From contig OX597833.1 in assembly GCA_951406725.2 (NCBI GenBank), positions 64,108,001 to 64,172,000 on the forward strand: a DNA stretch of 64,000 nt, in the 5' to 3' direction. The notes below the pieces were generated by a model that saw nothing but the letters and a program-made list of their open reading frames with translations, was not told the origin of the DNA and searched no databases. The translations under genes were made by a program, and so were the position numbers. This document shows positions 56,603 to 64,000 of the stretch, piece by piece. The stretch comes from Octopus vulgaris (Eukaryota). Position 1 is the stretch's first letter, and every line of letters begins with the position of its first letter.

Positions 56603-57681
56603 GCGAGTGTCGCGTTGCTCTCAAGCAACTCTGCCGTCCTGGGTCGACCTTAAGTGACTTCAACACAACCAAAGCATTCTATAGGGGTTTAGTGGAGGGG
56701 AGGTACGACGACGAGCTCGGGGCGAACCTGGACGTCAACGAGGAGTACCTGACCCGCCTGTTCAGGACGACTTTCGGGCCAGGGCCGATGGACAACTTCC
56801 AGAGATCCCTGGCCTGGCAGTGCTACCGAGAAGCGCTACCCGTTCGGGATAAGCTCTACAGACACGGCTCGAGAAACACGGGGCCGACCTGCCCGAGATG
56901 CGGTCAGAGCGACGAAACCGTTCTGCACGCACTCGTTCAGTGTCCAACAATTTCCGACCTGTGGGCTTATGTCGAACAACTGCTGTCACGTGTGGGACGA
57001 GTCGGTTTATCAGCTGAGTCTATCGTCAATATTGTCACGCCTCCTTCCTTCAAACGGGAAGGAAGAGCTATTTTCATCATCCTTGTGGCTATGGCGAAAG
57101 AATGTATCTGGTGGACGCGTCTGAAAGGATTGGAGACAAACACTTTCCTCTCTGGTCAATCTCTCATCAACTTCTTCAAGTACCACTTGAAAAGGAAAGT
57201 GAGAGTAGAGAGGCAAGTTTTGTCTAGCGAATGTTTTAAAAAAAGATGGGTGAATGTAGCAAGAATGGCGCGTATGAATGACGAAGCCACCTTGAGCATA
57301 GTCCTATGAACCCAGAAATCGAAAACAGAGAGTTGCTTATTTGCAAAGAAAAAAAAAAGAAATATAAAATGTGACATCATTGACCGAGGTTACCGTGGTC
57401 TTTTCCGTAGGCTTTTCTTTCCACGGGTAAACCTCACCTGTCCTCCCCTTTACACTTCATATTGACATTTCTGTGATAACGATCCCTATTGATCAATTTT
57501 TTTCCTCTCCCCCTTTTTTTAACCCCCTTTTTTTTGTCCTCTTTCTCTCCTTTTACGATCCCTTTTGATCGAAACTCCCCCTTCCTTTTTTTTTTTTTTT
57601 TTTTTAAACGTTCAAAAGAAAAGCTCTACCTTGTAATTTGTTCTATCTGTGTGCAGCCCTGTGTGGCTAATAAAGAAACAT
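56603..57681 (+). mobile_element. Tx1/L1-clade LINE, 5'-truncated copy 2
   Basis: ORF 56692..57309 matches copy 1 except D->N; same 3' UTR; (TATC)n on both sides. Confidence 0.92.
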
Positions 57682-57755
57682 ATCTATCTATCTACCTATC
57701 TGTCTGTCTGTCTGTCTGACTGTCTGTCTATCTATCTGCCTGTCTGTCTGTTTGC

Positions 57756-57789
<34 letters not shown>

Positions 57790-57826
57790 ATCTATCTGTC
57801 TTCTGTCTGTCTATCTGTCTGTCTAA

Positions 57827-57901
<75 letters not shown>

Positions 57902-57983
57902 CCTATCTGTCTGTCTGTATGTCTGTCTGTCTGACTGTCTGTCTATCTATCTGCCTCTCTGTCTGTTTGCCTGTCTGTCTGTT

Positions 57984-58016
<33 letters not shown>

Positions 58017-58063
58017 ATCTATCTGTCTTCTGTCTGTCTATCTGTCTGTCTAACTATCTATCA

Positions 58064-58120
<57 letters not shown>

Positions 58121-58170
58121 CCTATCTATCTGTCAGTCTGTCTGTCTGTCTGCCTGTCTGTCTGTCTGTT
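57682..58170. repeat. (TATC)n/(TGTC)n compound repeat with a ~230-bp internal duplication
   Basis: TCTTCTGTCTGTCTATCTGTCTGTCTAACTATC recurs at ~57799 and ~58027. Confidence 0.9.
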
Positions 58171-58254
58171 TGCGGCTGATCAATATAGTGATAAATACAC
58201 ACGCGCAAACGCACGTACACTTAAAATCAAACACTCACAGACACACACACAGAC

Positions 58255-58305
<51 letters not shown>

Positions 58306-58877
58306 CATAAGTATGCATCTGTATAGAGTTATGTAGACACATAGTGTATGCAGACATATGTGTATTGTAATTTGCAAAACTTAAACCGAAACAATAATGA
58401 AACTACGATGCCAGACGGAATAAACTGGCATCGTTTTTGTTGGACTCTGTATTAAATACTGTACAACTTCATTAGCTGCTACGGTTTACCTTTGACTTAT
58501 AATCAACCCTCTAGGCTCGATAAACTAAATGTTCAATCTTAATTCAATTTGATTACATACCATCCCCTAAACCTGGTTTAGCTTAGTGCCAATACAAGAA
58601 ATCAATACGCACCATATGTACGTAGATTTCACCATATTTTAGCAAAGGGAGCAGCAGATAATTCCTTCGATTGATATATTAAGGTGAAACCTTTCTATGA
58701 GCTTTCGTTGCTTTTCCGACTGTCATTCCATTGCCTGGCGAACGAAAAGAGATTCTATAATCGTTATTCAAAATGGCGTCCACTAAAATCAGCGGTCGGT
58801 CATAAATAGACAGGATAATAAGGACGAATGAAGCATTTTGAGGAAGACCACACAGCGCCTATATGATCCCTCAGTTA

Positions 58878-59370
58878 AAGGCGGCGAGCTGGCAGAAACG
58901 TTAGCACGCCGGGCGAAATGCTTACCGGTATTTCGTCTGTCGTCACGTTGTGAGTTCAAATTCCGCCGAGGTCAACTTTGCCTTTCATCCTTTCTGGATC
59001 GATAAATAAAGTACCAGTTGCGTACTGGGGTCGATCTAATCGACTTATTCCCTTTGTTTGTCCTTGTTTGTCCCCTCTGTGTGTAGCCCCTTGTGGGTAG
59101 TAAAAAATATATAGGATGGCTGTTATGTAAGGCGGCGAGCTGGCAGAAACGTTAGCACGCCGGGCGAAACGCTTAGCGGTATTTCGTCTGCCGCTACGTT
59201 CTGAGTTCAAATTTCGCCGAGGTCGACTTTGCCTATCATCCTTTCGGGGTCGATAAATAAAGTATCAGTTTCACACTAGGGTCGATGTAATCGACTTAAT
59301 CTCTTTGTCTGTCCTTGTTTCCTTGTTTGTCCCCTCTATGTTTAGCCCCCTTGTGGGCAATAAAGAAATA
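58878..59370 (+). mobile_element. Two full-length SINE-A copies plus ~20-nt spacer within one 16-bp TSD
   Basis: TATATGATCCCTCAGT at 58860-58875 and 59371-59386. Confidence 0.92.
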
Positions 59371-59657
59371 TATATGATCCCTCAGTGTATTTTTTGCTGG
59401 TCAGTGTAGTGCCTAGCTAGGCGGCGACACTGCGCAACTTAAAAATATAAATGTGGGCGAGAGAAATATTTGCGTCACACCTCATCGATTGCATACCTTA
59501 CGTGACTTCGACATAAGAGATGACACAGCCTTGGATAATAAGACGTTGTCAGAGCAAAATAATTTAGACGAGAACAATGAACCTCACTTCCTAGAACATA
59601 TTATCTAAGCCACCTTTAAAACAAGAAATACAATTGCAAAACAGGAGGGTGTACTGA

Positions 59658-59893
59658 AAGGTAGCGAGCTGGCAGAAACGTTAGCACGCCGGGCGAAATG
59701 CTTAGCGGTATTTCAGTCTGCTGTTTACGTTCTGAGTTCAAATTCCGCCGAGGTCAACTTTGCCTTTCATCCTTTCGAGGTCGATAAATTGAGTACCAGA
59801 TACGCATTGGGGTCGATGTAATCGACTTAATCCCTTTGTCTGTCCTTGTTTGTCCTCTCTATCTTTAGCCCCTTGTGGGCAATAAAGAAATAA
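59658..59893 (+). mobile_element. Full-length SINE-A with 12-bp TSD
   Basis: GAGGGTGTACTG at 59645-59656 and 59894-59905. Confidence 0.92.
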
Positions 59894-59935
59894 GAGGGTG
59901 TACTGGATAATAAATTCCAAAATATAATCTGTTTG

Positions 59936-60260
59936 AAAGCGAGTGGCTTAGTGGTTAGAATATTTGGCTCACGATCTTGAGGTTGTGAGTTCGATTCCTC
60001 GCGGCGCGTTGTGTCCTCAAGGGAGACACTTTATTTCTTGTTGCTTCCGACCACTCATCTGACAAAAATGAGCTATACCTGTGTATTTTAAAGGGCCAGC
60101 CTTGTTACATTCTATTCCACGCTGAATCTCCATGAGAACAATTTAAAGAGCACGTATGTCTGTGTGTCGCTGAGCGACTTACACGTTAATTTCACGTACA
60201 GGCTGTTCCATTGGTAGGGTCGACTGGAACACTCGTCGTCGTAACCGACGGAGTGCCAGT
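59936..60260 (+). mobile_element. tRNA-derived SINE (family E: D-like head and centre, different tail)
   Basis: TGGCTTAGTGG..GAGTTCGATTCC; a tail fragment recurs at ~60685-60800. Confidence 0.78.
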
Positions 60261-60278
60261 CACGGTATAGAATGGGTG

Positions 60279-60505
60279 CGAGCTGGCAGAATCGTTAGCA
60301 CGCTGGGCGAAATGCGAAGCCGTATTTCGTCTGTCGTTACGTTCCGAGTTCAAATTCCGCCGAGGTTGACTTTGCCTTTCATCCTTTCGGGGTCGATAAA
60401 TTAAGTACCAGATACGCACTGGGGTCGATGTAATCGACTTAATACCTATGTCTGTCCTTGTTTGTCCCCTCTGTGTTTAAGCCCCTTGTGGGTAATAAAG
60501 AAATA
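60279..60505 (+). mobile_element. SINE-A with 15-bp TSD
   Basis: GGTATAGAATGGGTG at 60264-60278 and 60506-60520. Confidence 0.92.
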
Positions 60506-60831
60506 GGTATAGAATGGGTGAATATGTTATTCGCAAATGTTACGGGTGTCGTTTGAGACAGATTTGGAGAGGATTTCTAAGCAAATCGAGGGGGTGTATG
60601 GAGGATCTCTCGTAAATGTACGCGGATTAGGGATTTAGCTTAGTGCTGCAAAGACCAGTATTAAATCTAGCTTCTTGCAAGATTAAGGGTTCACGAGTCT
60701 GTGGAGTGCTCAGCCACTTGCAGGTTAATTTCACGAGCAGGACGTTGCGTTGATCGGATAAACTGGAATTTTGGTCGCCGAAACGAAGGAGTTCCGGTTA
60801 TCTTCGTACAAAGTCTAGTTATACAACCCAT

Positions 60832-61230
60832 GGAGGGGGAGAGAGAGAAAGAGAGAGAGAGGGAGAGAGAGAAAGAGAAAGAGAGAGATGGAGAGAGTGA
60901 GAGAGAAAGAGAGAGGAAGACAGTGAGAGAGAGAAAGAGAGACAGACAAAGAGAGAGAAAGAAAGAGAGAGAGAAAGAAAGAGAGAGAGAAAGAGAGAGA
61001 GACTAACAGTGAGAGAGAGAGAAAGACAGAGAAAGAGAGAGAAGAAAGAGAGAGAGAAAGAAAGAGAGAGAGAAAGAGAGAGAGACTAACAGTGAGAGAG
61101 AGAGAAAGACAGAGAACGAGAGAGACAAAGAGTGAGAGAGAGACAGAGAGAGGGAAAGAAGAGAGGTAGAGAGAGGCAGAGAGAGGGAAAGAAGAGAGGT
61201 AGAGAGAGAGAGAGAGAGACAGAGGGAAGA
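60832..61230 (+). repeat. Polypurine (GA)n tract with internal duplications
   Basis: GAGACTAACAGTGAGAGAGAG occurs twice. Confidence 0.9.
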
Positions 61231-61535
61231 ATGATTGGCTTGTATATTCGACCAACTAAAAATAGCCGTTAAATCTCCTATTCGGTAATGTGGACATTTT
61301 CCTCAAAGCAGAGGAAATTTGGATAATACAGTGATTTACATAAACCACAAAATTTTATTATGCAGTTCAACGGGTACGATTACCTTCCCGGGTACTCGAC
61401 CGGTTAAATGTAACTGTTAACTCTACTATGAAAATTGTATAGATATATTGAATAAGATATATATATACATATATTTATATATACACACACATATATATAT
61501 ATGTATATATATATGTATATATATATATGTATATA

Positions 61536-61601
<66 letters not shown>

Positions 61602-61988
61602 TATATGTGTACAGGACGTCACCAACTGTGCAAACAACATGAAATACGTAAACAACGAAAGATAACTGGAAGACAAGACAAGTATACAAAGAGGAAGGAC
61701 CCTTCATCAGTTGTTGGCTGTCTATCTACTCCTCATTTCGAGCATTCGACGACAATATGAGTTTTCAAAGACAGTTGTCCCCATAATTTCCAAACTATAA
61801 TTTAGGATTTATGGAGGGTCAAAGTTGGGAACAGAAACAGGACAGTGGAAACATACAAGATACCCGAACGAAAACAAGCATGGAGGGTCGTTAGAGGAAA
61901 TGTATATATATATATACACAAATGCATATAAATGCATATATAGATATAGATATACATGCATCTCTCTATGTATATGTATATATATGTA

Positions 61989-62062
<74 letters not shown>

Positions 62063-62429
62063 CCTACCTACCTATATAGAATATATATATTTACAGAGAG
62101 GATTCTCGCGGTTTTCTTGTTCTATTTAACTAACAGCATTTCTTTGGTTCACAAAATATCGCCACGATCAGCACCAACGATGACAACAAATATAACAAAA
62201 ATACAGTGCTGCATGGAATCCCTTCTGTCAATAGCAGCGAAATCTCCCTCAATTTGACATCATACCATTTTACACAAACAACGATAAATTTAACACTGTT
62301 AATACCTGCTTTCGAAGGCTTTCCGACTGGAAAACCTTGATCACTAAAATGATCGTTGATTATTGATTTGATTGTAAACAAGAATAACAAGAATTATTTT
62401 TAAAATGTTATCTTGAAGCTTTTTCACTC

Positions 62430-62655
62430 ACTGGCGTCGGACAGTGAGGAAAGGCGTTTCCATGGCTGAGGAAAGGAGAGCACAGCTGTGGTCGGACAGG
62501 CGGGACAGGAGGAGGACAACTGCAGCAACATCCCACACGTACCCAGGGACTGCCACTCTAGAATTGGACTGTTCAGTCACAGCAGACGCTGCTCATCATC
62601 AAAGTAGGCCCCACCCTTGGCGCGATCCATTGTCTATCAAGACAGACGGGGGAAA
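62430..62655 (+). mobile_element. RTE-BovB-like LINE 3' end
   Basis: WRRTVRKGVSMAEERR.. then frameshifted RDCHSRIGLFSHSRRC* zinc-finger tail and short 3' UTR. Confidence 0.75.
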
Positions 62656-62747
62656 AGGAAAGGAGGACTGCGGCCATACTGGGACACTGTTGCACAAAGT
62701 TTAGTCGAACAAATGATGAAGATTTATGTACATCATTTACATTATTT

Positions 62748-63044
62748 GTGTGGAGGCATATGGCCTAGTGGTTAGAGCAGTGGACTCGCGGTCGAGGGAT
62801 CGCGGGTTCGAATCTCAAACCGGGCGATGTGTGTGCTTATGAGCGGAATACCTAATCTCCACGCGGCTCCGGCAGAAGGTAACTTCTGCTTACTCTTTCG
62901 CTACAACTTTCTCTCACTCTTTTCTCCTGCATCTTGCAGCTCACCTGAGATGGACCGGCGTCCCGTCCAGGTAGGGAACTTATAACCCAAGGAAACCGGC
63001 ATTTAGGCCCTATGAGCAACGCGTTGCACGAGAAGGAACAAACA
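62748..63044 (+). mobile_element. Full-length SINE-C variant with 13-bp TSD
   Basis: A box TGGCCTAGTGG, B box GGTTCGAATCT; ATTTACATTATTT at 62735-62747 and 63045-63057. Confidence 0.9.
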
Positions 63045-63087
63045 ATTTACATTATTTACTTTTGACGGCTTAACTGAAGCCAAGACA

Positions 63088-63452
63088 TAGGCGTAGGCGT
63101 GGGAGTGTCTGTGTGGTAAGTAGCTTGCTTACCAACCACATGGTCCCGGGTTCAGTCCCAATGCGTGGCACCTTGGGCAAGTGTCTTTCACTCACCTCTC
63201 TACTTCTCTCTCTGTCTTTCTTTGTGTTCTGTTCGTCTTTCTTTCTCCCCTTATCGCCATTTATATGAAGGCTTATCTCCATGCGTTCATGGAATTGTTC
63301 CATAAGTTTACGACGACGTTTTGTGTGTAAGTTTGCGTGAGTGTGTCTCAATATATGTAGATGAAGATATTTGTCCAAGGTGCCACGCAGTGGGACTGAA
63401 CCCGGTAACCATGTGGTTCGTAAGCAAGCTACTTACCCCACAGCCAGTTCTG
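63088..63452. mobile_element. Two SINE-B heads in inverted orientation (63088-63190 +, ~63371-63452 -)
   Basis: GGTAAGTAGCTTGCTTAC..GGTTCAGTCCCA.TGCGTGGCACCTTGG on each strand. Confidence 0.82.
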
Positions 63453-63597
63453 CGTCTATGTCCTTGGCTCCAGTGAAGACATTTATGTGTACGCGTGTTG
63501 TGAAGATGAATGTATGAAGACATTTACTTACTTATATGTGTGTATGTTTGTGAGATGTTTGAATCTATATGCGATTTTATTAAGTGAAGGTATTTCA

Positions 63598-63679
<82 letters not shown>

Positions 63680-64000
63680 AGATGCGACGGTGTGTATAAC
63701 TTTATTTCTGCATCCATATATGTGTGTGCAAATATGGATGGACTTTTATTCCGCGAATGCGTTCCAGCATGTATGTGTATATGCGTGTATTTATGTATGT
63801 GTATGCTTCTGCCTATATTTATGTATGTGTCTGTACGTCTCTTATCCTTCTCGGCCTTACATTAATAGATTACATCTGATTTATATTGCTTGCCATCATT
63901 TCATATCAAAATTTACCATCTTCCACTTGCCCTCTTTTAGTCTCTGCTCTCTCTTTCTTTTCGCTCTCTTTCTCTCTTTGTAGCTTGCACACACACACAC

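Noticed and set aside
61695-61745. CTGATGA on the minus strand as a hammerhead core
   Set aside because: No GAAA follows the putative stem II; the fold cannot be completed. Probably part of an unclassified repeat (~61608-61900).
62750-62825. Genuine tRNA gene (also 3470, 30197, 44381, 59940)
   Set aside because: A/B boxes are present but run into SINE bodies, lack a clean acceptor stem and poly-T terminator, and this copy has a TSD.

Overview
AT-rich, gene-poor eukaryotic DNA, made largely of microsatellites ((TA)n, (GATA)n, (CA)n, (AAT)n, (CAT)n, (CAC)n, (AAG)n) and dispersed transposon copies. The tRNA-headed SINEs and repeat landscape resemble an octopus genome (inference, not verified). 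I find no host protein-coding exon, rRNA, true tRNA gene or CRISPR array; nearly all long ORFs are microsatellite read-throughs. The only coding remnants come from mobile elements: a young Tx1/L1-type LINE (two near-identical 5'-truncated copies plus two 3'-UTR-only copies), CR1 and RTE fragments, and Tc1/mariner relics. The best candidate for an undescribed system is a Tx1-LINE/SINE partnership. All four Tx1 copies sit in (TATC)n tracts in the same relative orientation. The most abundant young SINE ('SINE-A', my label) carries a ~50-nt 3' tail homologous to the Tx1 3' end and forms head-to-tail 184-bp arrays with a fixed junction. Also notable: variant minimal hammerhead-like motifs in Penelope-like fragments, and short unique motif-dense islands between repeat tracts that may be enhancers. 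All boundaries and identities were read by eye and are approximate.
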